This document shows, in pieces, positions 39,151 to 52,418 of a DNA stretch of 64,000 nucleotides. The translations under genes were made by a program, and so were the position numbers. The stretch comes from Lingula anatina (taxonomy: Eukaryota; Animalia; Brachiopoda). The notes beneath the pieces are model-generated. The model had not been told where the DNA came from, ran no database searches, and saw only the letters and a list, made by a program, of their open reading frames with translations. The stretch lies in the NCBI GenBank assembly GCA_051362555.1, contig CM120649.1, positions 20,164,567 to 20,228,566 of the forward strand, in the 5' to 3' direction. Numbering within the stretch: position 1 is the first letter of the stretch; every line of letters begins with the position of its first letter.

Positions 39151-42100
39151 CATTGTTATATTTACACAATGTTTTTTATGTTGGCCCAGTATCGCACTCC
39201 CTTCTGTTACTATGGAGGAACTGGTTGGTTGGATCCAGCATTTGATCTTTCTAGCAATTGTCTCATGTTTGCCTTTTTGTTGTGCCATATTTAATTTTTG
39301 CTTAACATGCTTAAAGAAGTGTTGTTGTTAAATTGATTCCTTACTAATATACCTCAAAATAAATGGTGCCTGAAATTATAATTCATATTAATCCCTTTAT
39401 TCTAGTCTTTCTTGGTGCAGGTACTCGGGGTAGTTGTGACCTCATTTTATATTCTGCCCCAGTTCTGTACAATTCCAGATGAAGAAGTTCAGCAGGAGTT
39501 CTGACAGCAGAATCACTCCAGTCCATAGATGAGTATTACATTGTCTTAACATATCTTATTGTACTGTTATAATTTGTTAATCATCAAAACCAAAACAATA
39601 TTTTTTTAATATTGAGATATATTCTGTCTTTTCACTTGTTTTACTGTTAACTTTTTCTGTCTTTGAAGTACTTTGTCCCAGTCTAAGTGATCTTATTTGT
39701 TGACTGTATAAAGGCAGAACTGTTTCTCAGTGACTGAAAATAAACTGGGGCATTTTATTTGTTAAAGTGCATTTCAAGATAAAAAAAAAAATAATGAATA
39801 GACTTGGATCATTGTTATTGATTAGTTATTGCATTTTTGTCATGTTTTGTATCACTCATATTTGCATAGACTCCCTTTAATCAGTTTTTTTTATTCATTG
39901 TTTTTGTTAACAGTCTGAATACATTATAGCCTTACTCACAAGAAGGATTAAGTACAATATTACAGGCCTGATGTGGCCAGATATGCTTCATTGTGGAAAA
40001 AGTCCACTGGAGGATGCTGTGCATGTGATGACATGTTTGAAATATTTGACATATTTGAAAATGATTTGACATATATGAAAATTATTTGATGAAGATAAAT
40101 TGCACCAAGTATGAAATTCTTTGTTACTGCTCAGTAATTTAGAAAATAAAACTTTTTGAAGCTGTCTACTTTCAGATCTTCATCTGCTATACTAGTAGTA
40201 ACTTAATAAAATATGTCTATTGTTTATGGCATTACATTTTTTCCTGCATATCTTGAAACTTGTCATACTTTTCTCTGTATTCCAAAATTGAAGAATTTCC
40301 AACTAGAAGGAATTATAGTTGGCAATTCTCTCTTACAAAAGTAAGGCAAGTATTGCAATTGCTTTATATAAACAGATTCTGTGCATAAAATGAAAACTTT
40401 ATAAATTAGATTAAACTTGTTTATGTTCAAGGTAATACTCCCAGTGCCTCACAATTCCAGGAATAGGGAAAAAATCTGGAAAAAGTGGGAAGATGTATTT
40501 GGCTATTTAGTAAGTTGAAACAAGCTTGGCACTGTAGAAGAACAATTGAAACTGTGCTAACAAGATGATTTCATCAAACAGTTACAATGGAGTCTGCACA
40601 CTGTTTTAAAACACACCGCTACTACAAAGCCGTACTGTATCAAAAGGGATATCTTTATTTCTAAATTGCACATGGTCAATATAAACTAATTTATGAATAT
40701 TCAGACGAGATTATTAATACTGCACAATTAGCACCATCTCCAAGTTATCACCTTCAATGATCTGTTCCTTACATTAGGAGTAAAAGCCTAAGGCTCCAGA
40801 ACTCAGAGACTCCCCAAAAATGGACAATGGATTTTAACTAAGGAGTGAATGATTTAGTTATCCAGTAGAATTACAAGGAGAATTTGGTAAAACTCTGATA
40901 TTGGAACTTCCAGTGACAACTGACTGTATGACAATAAATCACTCCATCCAGGTCATTACCTAGTGAAAAGTCTCGGGTTAAAACAACAACAATCAGTTGT
41001 TAATATAAGTTCCAGTATATATCAGAGTTGGACATAATTCTCAATTTTGACTAATCATAACAGATTGAAAAAAAAACCCTTTTGACTGAGACTAAAAATT
41101 GACCTTATGAAGATAACAACACATTACTAGACTCCATATGCTGTGCTTCAATCTGCAATGTCCCACTGTGACTTAGTGGGAGAATTAAGCAGAGGTATCA
41201 AAGTTGTGTCAAAAATGATGCCATCATCTTGCAGATATGTTTGTTGGACTATAATTCAGCTGCTGACAAAACTAAAGTTAATCTCAAATCTATCACCCTG
41301 ATCACCATTTGTTCACCTAATTATCTGAACAGATTAAGACCAACTTGTATCATGAACCCAAAGCCATGAGGATATGAGCCTTCCCATGACATTAAGGTAG
41401 CTTAGTATATAATTATCTGAACAGATTAAGACCAACTTATATCATGAACCCAAAGCCATTAAGGTAGCTTAGTATATACTAACAGATATAGTTATGGATT
41501 GTCATATATTTGTTCCCTGATTTGATCATAATGGTATGAGATTATTTAATTTAAATAATTTTTAAAAACTCCCATTATGCTACAGCTAAACATATATATA
41601 TATATATATTACAAATAACATATATATTACAAATAACATATCTATTACATAACTCTAAGTCAAAATCATTGACAAGCAAAGAGCACCAGAAATGATGACC
41701 TTAGCTATTATGATACTTGGTCTGTTATAATTTACTATTATTATAATTTTTATGATCACAGCAGCACTGAGCACCAGTCACAATTAACTGCTTAATTAAT
41801 GTGATCATTTCTAATAAGAAAGTTCTCATAGATGCTTCACAAATATACAAAGCATCAGACAAAAGTATATGGACAAATTGGATTGGATGCCATGAAAAAC
41901 TGACATTCAAAATGTGCTACACACTATGATAGTCCCAAAAATTCAAACAAACGTGGATTTCAGCAAGAAAGCCTGTAATTACACCTTCACAGAAAACGAA
42001 AACATGACTAGGTTGTCATACAACAAACACTAATGGGCCTGAAATGGTCTTCATCTGCAATTTCAGATCTCAAATGATCTTAATCAATGAGTATGACTAT

Positions 42101-43070
42101 TTTACTGACTTCCAGTTTAGTTGTTATGCAGTGGTCTCTGCTCACACATTTACCCACTGTGAGAGAAGGTAATTGCCTGACTACTTAATTAGAAGTTAGT
42201 CTAATAATAGCCTAACTCATCCAGGTTCAGATCATTTTTATCTTACAAGCAGAGCCAGTCTATGGTAAGACCATTGCCATAATGATTAAGACCATGTAAG
42301 AACAACTGTGATCTGAAATCGAGATTAAGACCATTTCACTGGTGAAGCTGGTACCAGCTTTCTGTCTGCCTAAGATGTTCATCAATCTGAGTTTTCATCC
42401 AAATACTTGGTGGCCAGTCTCTCAGAATTTTTATTTGAGTCCACTGCCAGGTAAGTACACCTTACTATGACTAGATAATACTGTAACTATGGCACACATT
42501 GCATCCATGACTGACAATACTAGCAGCCGAGAAAGAAAACTACATATCACATGCCATTTCAACATTGAAATATATACCTCTGACTGAGTACACCTTGAAG
42601 GCTACATGTTAAACCTTTTATAGTTACTATATAGCACATTTTATAACCTCTTTCTACAGTCTACATCAATGCCTCTGGCATCATTTCATGTAGAATATTA
42701 GATAATTTGTCAGTATTAAATCAATACATAGTAACCTAACTTCTCTGCAAAATAATCATTTACAATAATGCACACTGTTAAATTTCACTGTTTAGATATT
42801 GCCAAAATATTCATCAATACCAATACAGGATATTATAAATCAATTAAATATGCAATGATTTCTACATTTTTTTTTCTTCAAATTATGTTTTTGTGCAGAA
42901 AAATAACCATACTGTCTATGAACATATTCTACCAATGAAAATCACTTATTGAACTCCTGTACCATTTCAATGGTGGGAGTATGTCTCATGGCTGTCTGCC
43001 AGTGTTACAGGACACATCAAATTATCTTCCTGATGGAGTCCCACTCCTCTGTGTTATAGGACACAAAAAA

Positions 43071-46000
43071 TTATCTTCCTGAAGGAGTCCCATTCCTCTG
43101 TTTTGTCTCAGCCTCCAGAAACTTCTCTCTCAATTCCTGGATTTTGGCTCTTGGGAATGATCCAGGAATTGTAAAGATGTCCTAGTAAAGACAACATATT
43201 AAATCTAAATGCAACAATAACTATTGCAGTTAAAGGAATAAGAAAAGTCAAATCTAAATGAGATTTTAGGCATTTATTGCATACTTTATCCCAATATCCA
43301 CATGTGCATGTGAAGGCTATTTGCACAAACACACACATGTACATGCACACACAAACACTTGCACAAACAAATGCACACATACGTCGTACACATGTGCACA
43401 AATACACACGTCGCACACACTCACACACACACACACACACCTGCATCAGCTGATGACACTCCAAGTTCCTTATGTCTGTGGTTGTTGCCTTGAAGTCCTT
43501 GGTGATTCCATCAAATCCCTTGGAGTGGAGAATCTGCTCCTTGTTCCTGAGGACCAGGGTGATGCCCACTCTGTGAAGAACCTTGACTCCCTCATAAAAC
43601 AAGCAGTCCCAGATCCTGAGAACTGTCTGTGTGCAATGAAATATAAAGTAACAGTTGCTGTAGGTCAGTAACTGTACTGGCAATGAAGACAGAAGCACCC
43701 TAAGCTGGAGCAGCCAGTAAATATAAACAAGTTGACTATTTGTATTGATTGTTAATGACAAGATATAAAGAGAAAACAATAGTATTTAGATATTATAAAA
43801 CAAAGCAACAAATGTAGGAGTATTCTTATGACCATATGACAGCATATATAACAGTAAAATTAGGCTCAAGACAACATGAACTATGGCACACATTCACCAA
43901 GAGTCTTAACTCAGTATCATTTGTAGACAAGGTAGGGTCAGGTTTACCTCTATAGGTAGAACATCAATAAACAGGCAGATAAACCATCTGGTGAAGACGA
44001 CCGCCCATGGTACACCCTCTCTCTCCACATTATCATAGATCCCTGCTTCCTTCTGCCTGCAACATAACACCTTGTATTATATGATAATATGACTTAAACT
44101 ACACCCTCTCTCACTACATAATCATATATCCCTGCCTCCTTCTGCCTGCAACATAACACCTTGTATTATATGATCATATGACTTAAACTAAGAAAATACA
44201 ATGCAGTCTTTATCTGGGAGCTTTATTAGATATTGGGACTGTCACAGTACTTCACGTCACTATGGAGTATGCTCAGATGTTATTAACAGTACTCTCCCAA
44301 CAATAGGTCTGTACCAAGACTACCCAATTATAAGACTGCCGATTTTTAAGACTGCCCAATAGTAGGACTGCCTAATTACAGGACTGTCCTAAGACTGCCC
44401 AATTTTTGGGACTGCCCAATAAAACTTCTGAACAAGGACTGTTCAATAATAGGACTGCCCAATAATAGTACTGCCCTACAACTGCCCAATGGCATAGTTT
44501 TCATCTTACCTTATAAGCTCTGCTAACACTGCAATTTCTGCCTTCAGGCCTGCCATACCTGGGCTGTAGAGATCTGGAAAATATATTAATATATAATAGC
44601 ATTATATATATTACCTGACAATATCTGTGTCATCAAGGTGTGTAATATTACCTGGCAATATCTGTGTAATCAAGGTGTCTAATATTACCTGGCAATATCT
44701 GTGTAATCAAGGTGTCTAATATTACCTGACAATATCTGTGTAATCAAGGTGTCTAATATTACCTGGCAATATCTGTGTGATCAAGGTGTCTAATAACCAA
44801 AACGTTTTCTGTTCATCTCGCAAGATTAGCAGCATCACCCCTACGATGAAGTTAAATCCCTGAAAACAAACAGTTATCATTATTACTAATTCAGAATCAA
44901 CTGATGTGTTTATCAACAGAAAATCGTATTCTAAACACAATCCATAGGGAGGAAAATTAAAAGAGAGAAAAACTCAGATGTAGGTTACTAATTAACAACT
45001 GGAATAATAAATATGTACTCATTTGTGTGTCATATTCCATATTTGAACATTTCAATATTTGAAAACATACACTGCTAATATATATACTGAAATATAGTAT
45101 AAATAAATATGGCAAATCCTGAATGCATATCATAAGACTAAGATAAGTAATAAACATCCCCTCCCTCACCTCTAAGAAACAAACAAACCACAATTAAACC
45201 ATAACTGACTACCTGACAATAGCCAATCTTGGGATTCTTCAGAGCAAATGCTGTGAGGACATTGCACAGTGGCTGGCGTAGACCTGTCGGGTCCAAGGTA
45301 TCACAGAAATAGATATTTTCAGGGAATGTTCTATGGAGATCTGCAATGTTTATATAACATGCTTGGAAAAAAGGCATACTTAGTATTCTGTTGTTATTAT
45401 TTGTATTAAGTAATATTTGGCAGGTTTTGCAATATGAAAAAAATTGATAACACCAGTAAAAGTTAGTCAACTAAAACTAAAGACAAGCAATATACATTTA
45501 AACAAGACCAACAAAATACTACATTAAGCAGAAAGGCCCTCAGAGAGCAGAGATCTCTGCCAAGGTAGCCCAATTGTCATTCTTTATTTACAAATCATAT
45601 CACAGATATACTACACAGTCAAGGCATTTAACTCAGAGAGCAGAGATCTCTGCCAAGGCAGCCCAATTGTCATTCTTTATTTACAAATCATATCACAGAT
45701 ATACTACACAGTCAAGGCATTTAACTCAGAGAGCAGAGATCTCTGCCAAGGCAGCCCAATTGTCATTCTTTATTTACAAATCATATCACAGATATACTAC
45801 ACAGTCAAGGCATTTAACTCAGAGAGCAGAGATCTCTGCCAAGACAGCCCAATTGTCATTCTTTATTTACAAATCATATCACAGATATACTACACAGTCA
45901 AGGCATTTAACTCAGAGAGCAGAGATCTCTGCCAAGGTAGCCCAATTGTCATTCTTTATTTACAAATCATATCACAGATATACTACACAGTCAAGGCATT

Positions 46001-47676
46001 TAACTCAGAGAGCAGAGATCTCTGCCAAGGTAGCCCAATTGTTATTATTTATTTACAAATCATATCACAGATATACTACACAGTCAAGGCATTTAACTCA
46101 GAGAGCAGAGATCTCTGCCAAGACAGCCCAATTGTCATTCTTTATTTACAAATCATATCACAGATATACTATACAGTCAAGGCATTTAATTGATGCATCA
46201 GCAGGATACCATGGCAACAGCAGGTGGCAGTGTGGGTGAAATACAGGCCACTCTGTAACATATTGAAAAGCTAGTTTTCCTATCCAAGTGTTCTGAAGTA
46301 GTTATTTGGGACAGATTAATTTCATAAATGCTGCGTCAGTCATAGGTATACTGTAACTGCAGACTTCTAAATATATCAAATATTCATTTGAAGCAAGAAG
46401 GGCAAAGCTGCTGACACATACAAGACAGGCTAAAGGTCAATGTTGCTAGAGTTCTTACCTTGGTCAATGGACTCCTTAACTTCTGACTGTGGTTGTTGAG
46501 TGAGGAGGTGTTGGTAGAGTTCTTACCTTGGTCAATGGACTCCTTAACTTCTGGCTGTGGTTGTTGAGTGAGGAGGTGTTGGTAGAGTTCTTACCTTGGT
46601 CAATGGACTCCTTGACTTCTGGCTGTGGCTGTTGAGTCAGGAGGTGTTGGTAGAGCTGTGGTTGGGAGTCCATCCTCATCTGGGCTCCACTGAGGGTCAT
46701 CCAGGCAAGTGGCCTGAACTCTTTGGGAATGCCTTTACGTACATATCTCTTAACTACAAAGTAGAAAAAGCAAGTTACATGTATAGTAAAAAAAGACTCC
46801 AGTTACACATATAATCTACTAATATATCAAACAAAATGGAATATTAAATACAAAAGACAACCTATGATAATAAAAGAAATGCGCGGCCTTGTTCAAATGA
46901 ATAATAGGTGGTATGAACATACAAGTAGTAGCATATGCTTTGGGCAGTACTTTGAAAAAGCAAAATGAATTTCAAAAGGGTGACATTAATATAAATAATT
47001 AATATATCTCCTGTTTTTTTTTCTAAATAACACTAAATCGACTCAATAGATTTATCACAGAAATTCCAGGGGATTCTTAAGAATCGCATTACCAGTTCTG
47101 TTCTTCTTCACTTTTTCCTTGTGTCCTAGTAAACTTTTCCATTTCCTGCTCCTCCTGGCGAGTACTTGGATATAGCTGGACTCATAAGCATCGTATGCAG
47201 AGAAATCAAAGTCCTCCGGCCACTCAAAGCCGTACTGGTCTGTCCGCGACCTAGAGGAAAATAGCTACTGCTTCAGCAAAATACATGTACTAGTAAATGT
47301 TTGTCATTAAAATAAAATGGTTGGTTTCTTATATAACGTTAAATTTTCAAACCACTCGCTTTTGTGAATTTCAATGGAATCAATCTGGTATGAATAACCT
47401 CTTGAAAATGTCTTAACAATTAAAACATTTGAAGAAAGTTGTCCTGTGAGGCTGTGTCAATTATCATGTGCTGAAATCGTCCTCTTGCTGTAGCTGCGCC
47501 GTTGATAGAAAAGTTTTTGCTAAATCAAAGGTCAAATAAGGGCACCCTACACACTATATGTATCTCAGTTGATATATCTGGTACATACATACAAAATTAA
47601 TTTCATCAAAAAATTCTATAAATGATCTGAAACCGGTAAATCCTACATTGAAATCACTTCCTTACCGTTCTGCCAT
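43071..47676 (-). CDS. GRTP1: Growth hormone-regulated TBC protein 1 (TBC1D6) homologue, Rab-GAP, 9 exons, 340 aa
   Basis: Exons: 47676-47666, 47250-47093 (DQYGFEWPEDFD), 46753-46595 (VKRYVRKGIP), 45340-45213 (DLHRTFP...GYCQ), 44859-44763 (GFNF...FWLL), 44573-44510, 44056-43948 (RWFICLFIDVLPIE), 43626-43441 (TVLRIWDCLFYEG), 43181-43071. They total 1023 nt and the TBC Arg and Gln fingers are intact. The orthology call rests on recalled similarity to human GRTP1. Confidence 0.9.
44610..44795 (-). repeat. 37-bp array spanning the GRTP1 exon 5 donor (5 copies)
   Basis: ttacctg recurs every 37 bp; last exonic bases at 44763, 44726, 44689, 44652, 44615. Confidence 0.92.
45539..46190. repeat. 93-bp tandem repeat (7 copies) in GRTP1 intron 3
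   Basis: 31-aa periodicity in ORF 45574..46239. Confidence 0.95.
46447..46655 (-). repeat. 68-bp array spanning the GRTP1 exon 3 donor (3 copies)
   Basis: Last exonic bases at 46595, 46527, 46459. Confidence 0.92.
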
Positions 47677-47679
47677 CCC

Positions 47680-48005
47680 AAAACATTTGGTTGTGTCAAA
47701 AATAAAGAATGTCAAAAGACTTTTACTTATACTTTCACCCCATAGTAATGACTCTCACAAAGTATAAACGAATGGTTCGGAGTTTTGAAAATTTTAATAC
47801 AGCCCTTTGGATTTATTCTGTATTTTTCTTTAACAAAAATAATAACCTGCAAGGATAAATTTCAAAATCAAATTCGCATGAAGCACTTTCTCTAGTAAAA
47901 GGAGATTACAAAGTGATACTTCCGCTCGACCCACCCAAGGAGAGCTAGATGTCCCCATTTCACAACCGAAATACACCATGAAAAATAACACCAAAAAGAT
48001 GTGAG
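47680..48005. promoter_or_regulatory. Candidate bidirectional promoter and first exons for GRTP1 and Rap2
   Basis: GRTP1 ATG at 47676 (minus). A strong plus-strand donor gag|gtaaga at 48005/48006 could splice to the acceptor ttttccag at 49520, ahead of the Rap2 ATG. Confidence 0.55.
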
Positions 48006-49589
48006 GTAAGACCAGATCAAAGTTCATTTTATATTTAAACGTCTCTTGGTGTTCTTAGTCGCACATATAATTTATTTTTAGCAACAGATTGTGTGAATTT
48101 CTTTGTTTGAAAACCGTGAAGAGGCCCAGCCTGGTACAAATTAAGAGACAGATGGGAGAGATTGGAGGAATAAGTCGCTATCATTATGTAGTGTATGGGA
48201 GAGAGTGATAACCGCCTCTCGGTAGAGTAATAAAAAAACCGAGATGATTATGTCGCAGATAACCTTAAACAAGCCTTTGTAGTGTGATTTAGGTGTGAAT
48301 GTGGTGAAGATATTGCCAGGATATTTCTGTACTTGTATACATACAGGGAGCGTCTCTGTGTTAGAAATGGTGGGTTTAGTCATGCTTGATACCTGTGATA
48401 ATGTAAGATTTGTGTCAAGTTTCTTGGCTTTAAAATATGATTTATATTGAGCAATTCAATTATGAATATAAGCTTCATTGTCTGATTTAGTCCATGTATA
48501 TATTGTTAATCAGCACATTTCAGTAGATAATGCATTAGTATTGTGGCAGCTATTATGTTGATTTAAATGTAATATTTTATCTGTCGTACAGGATGGTTAC
48601 TTTGAATAATGGTGTTATTTTAAGTGACTGGTCCACTCATTGTTTGTTGATGCATATTATGTCATCCTGCTTAATTAATCTTTGTTTATTCTAATAAATA
48701 ATAAGACGCGATTTAATAGTTAAAGTTAACATTCTGTTAAACTTAACTTATTTGGTTATAAACCAGATAACTTGTGGGTAACTTTTGCCATATGTAATGT
48801 TATCTGTATAATTTTTCAATTACATCTTCATCACAACAGAGAGTTTAGGATTCTAATTATTTTTACAAAAAAGTCTTTGCAAAATATTGTGAGGCTTTTA
48901 GTAAAATGTTCTAGAACCAGTAAAGATCATTATTCATGTTATCATTATAAAACATATCTTCCTCAGCTTAACATAGTGTGGAATTTCAATTTGTTTAGAA
49001 CTGCTTAATAGAACAGTTGAAAAGTGAAACATTGAAAGGATAATCCCTGAGTTGAACATTTTACAGAGACAATTTGGTAAAACTTTTAGCTTTGGGGACA
49101 ACTTGGAAATATCATTAGCATGTTGTACTTTGAAGATGACATACACAAACATGTCCTGTGACAAGTTACACCTGTCTGCACACCTGATACTGCTACATAC
49201 TTCTAGTACTTCACTGAAAACATTGTAAAGATTATAACATGGTTAATTGATGACAACATGAAATGGTTACAGGAGTCATTAGTTCACTCCACATAGCTTC
49301 AAACTTAGAGTTGATATATTGAGATCAACATTTGTCATTGCAGTATCAAATTTGTTGATAATTTTAAAGCTATTTAAAGTTTATTTAAAATTAGCTATTT
49401 AAAACAGACATAGACATAAGATTGTTCTATTTTCAGTAGTTGCATACATGTAGAAATACTTACAGATAGTTGATTGTCTCATATGATAAGCAAACTTTAA
49501 ATTATCTTCTTCTTTTCCAGATCCTATTGACCACAGCCAGTGAAGTGTACATGATCATTTAACCAGAGAGAAAGGGAGCAGAAAAAACC

Positions 49590-50129
49590 ATGAGGGAGTT
49601 TAAAGTGGTGGTTCTGGGCAGTGGTGGGGTGGGGAAAAGTGCCCTCACTGTGAAGTTTGTCACAGGGAATTTTGTTGAGAAATATGACCCTACAATTGAA
49701 GATTTCTACAGAAAAGAAATTGAGGTGGATGGAGCCCCCTCAGTGCTGGAAATCCTGGACACAGCAGGCACAGAGCAGTTTGCTTCCATGAGGGACCTGT
49801 ATATAAAAAATGGACAAGGATTTGCTATTGTCTATAGCATCACAAGTTTACAAACTTTCCAGGATATTAAAACAATGAAGGACCAGATCATGAGGGTGAA
49901 GGGCACAGATAAAGTCCCCATGTTACTTGTTGGCAATAAGAAGGACCTGGAACACCAGAGAGAGGTGGCCACTTCTGAAGGAATGGCACTGGCTCAACTC
50001 TGGGGGTGTCCTTACTGTGAATCCTCAGCCAAAAATACTCAGAATGTGAATGAAGTATTTGTTGAGATTGTAAGAGAGATGAATTCAAGCCCGGTGAAAG
50101 AGAAGCAGGATTGTTGTACTATATTATAG
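49590..50129 (+). CDS. RAP2: Ras-related protein Rap-2, intronless CDS
   Basis: GSGGVGKS P-loop, YDPTIEDFY effector loop (F39 is typical of Rap2), DTAGTEQF (T61 is typical of Rap), NKKD, SAK, and C-terminal CCTIL CaaX box. Confidence 0.95.
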   Translation: MREFKVVVLGSGGVGKSALTVKFVTGNFVEKYDPTIEDFYRKEIEVDGAPSVLEILDTAGTEQFASMRDLYIKNGQGFAIVYSITSLQTFQDIKTMKDQIMRVKGTDKVPMLLVGNKKDLEHQREVATSEGMALAQLWGCPYCESSAKNTQNVNEVFVEIVREMNSSPVKEKQDCCTIL

Positions 50130-50769
50130 CAGTTGGACAAGGTAATTATAAGATGTGGATCATGTTGTTCTACCTGGCATACATTATTTGGGCACATTCC
50201 AGATGAAACTGTAGTCTGTTTAGACAGATACAACTCTGCAGGGACACTCGCTGAATGTAGTCAGATTTACTGAATGAGGCCTAGCAGCTAGGGGATGGAA
50301 ATTTTTGCATGCATTAGGTCACTTTCAAAACAAAGTGAAAAAGATTCCAAAAGTCGAGCCTACCCAGAAATTAATCACTTCCTAGTTTGAGGAGGTGTAT
50401 CATTCACTTTTAAGATCTGATTGCATTCAGGGAATCCCTGTTGAGTTGGTTAGATCTACGTTGGTTTGATCTACGTAGTTACATTGGGAACACACCCTTT
50501 AATGTCTCTGGTACTGGACTAAGATGACTGGACTGTAGTTTTCATTTACTACAAAGTCCCATCATTATTGTATTGAATTATATCTACCATGTGTCCTTAT
50601 TTATGAAAATGTCTTATTTCTGTTGTAAATAAATGGCATTAGTGTGTAAAAAGGCATTTTGAATTGAGGTAGTCGGAATGTATTATGGAGATTGCATGTA
50701 GTGTCCAATTTCTATCGAAGAAATTTTAAGGTGATGATGGAAATGTTCAACAGCCTCCTAAATGGCCAT

Positions 50770-51095
50770 GTATACAGTTAGGTGCTTACCCCAACTTATA
50801 CAGTTATAACTTATACAGTTAGGTAGGTGTGCTTACCCCAACTAATACAGTTAGGTAGGTGTGCTCACCCCAACTTATACAGTTATAACTTATACAGTTA
50901 GGTAGGTGTGCTTACCCCAACTTATACAGTTAGGTAGGTGTGCTCACCCCAACTTATACAGTTAGGTAGGTGTGCTTACCCCAACTTATACAGTTAAGTA
51001 AATGTGCTTACCCCAACTTATACAGTTAGGTAGGTGTGCTTACCCCAACTTATACAGTTAGGTAGGTGTGCTCACCCCAACTTATACAGTTAAGT
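50770..51095. repeat. ~32-bp minisatellite
   Basis: Unit tatacagttaggtaggtgtgcttaccccaact. Confidence 0.9.
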
Positions 51096-52187
51096 TAAGA
51101 TGATTACTGGTGACTTATATTAATTGCAGCTTATTTGATAAAATTGGCTTTATGCCCATTAGCAGTTTAACCGGACACACTTTTTTAAAAAAAATTGAGT
51201 CATAACTTCTCATATATATTCCACATACTGTAATCCGCCAATCCCTTATTTCCCTTCTGCTTGAGTGAGAGTGAGTTGACCTTGAAAGTGCAATCACCTT
51301 AGGTGGCTTGACACAAATCATAACTCTAGTTTGAAGCAGTTAAATGGACCTGCCATGAATTGGGATGAGACCAAGATGGTTGTCTGCACATCATTTTTAT
51401 GGCGTGTTATTTGTGGTTTAATGGTATGTCACCTGTATGTGGGCCATCTTTATAGTGGAGGATTTTTTTATATTTATTTCAGGTCCTCTTTTGTAACTTC
51501 TGTGCTTAAATTTAACTGAGCACACTGACAGAAAAGAAGTAGCTCAAGATGAAGTATTCAGTTTGTCAGAATAATAACAAAATTTTACTAGACTAGTAGA
51601 TTTTGAATACAACTCCCATTCAGAACTTCACATTGTATATGACAACTTTGCAAAAAAGGCAAATCTTCCTAATTAGGAAATTTTTTTGCTATTGATTTTA
51701 TAAAAAAAAAACAAAGTTTTGACATTGATTTTACTGTACAATAACATGGAAGAAAATGGATAGGATAAAAAGAAGTTTCTCTGGCAGACTTGCAGAACAA
51801 GAGGTTACTAGTACACTGTCAACAAACTGGTCAGCTTTTATGCTGTGAAAAGAGAAATAAATGCTGGATAAAAAATCCAGTAATAGATTTCAAAGATATG
51901 AAGATAAGAGAACTATTGGTTTTATCTCAGTTTGACAAAATGGGACCCCTCCTGTGATACCTGCAATATCTGGTCCAGATATGATAAGTTAGCAGTTGAA
52001 ATATCATATGGCCATGATAATTGGTTTCTGATTGAACTGGTTATCAGTGGATTAAGCTGAACTAAACTCAGATTCTCTCTCTCTCTCCAGCATCTCTAAG
52101 TACCTAATAAAACTGGTCATATAAATTCAGCCCAACTCCACTCAAGCACCCCATCTCACTCTCTTTCCAGGGTAATCACAGGAAAGT

Positions 52188-52418
52188 AGACACATGTCCC
52201 AGTGATTTCAGTTTAAATGACAATGAAACACTCAACAAATAGACATGTCCCAGTGATTTCAGTTTAAATGACAATGAAACACTCAACAAATAGACATGTC
52301 CCAGTGATTTCAGTTTAAATGACAATGAAACACTCAACAAATAGACATGTCCCAGTGATTTCAGTTTAAATGACAATGAAACACTCAAGAAATAGACATG
52401 TCCCAGTGATTTCAGTTT
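52188..52418. repeat. 51-bp tandem repeat (about 4.5 copies)
   Basis: 17-aa periodicity in ORF 52176..52388. Confidence 0.93.

Noticed and set aside
44330-44490. Degenerate actgcccaat repeats in GRTP1 intron 6
   Set aside because: They are short and irregular and do not include a splice site, so they are not counted among the junction arrays.
49590-50129. Rap2 as a processed pseudogene
   Set aside because: The ORF and motifs are intact, an acceptor precedes the ATG, and there is no poly(A) tail or TSD.
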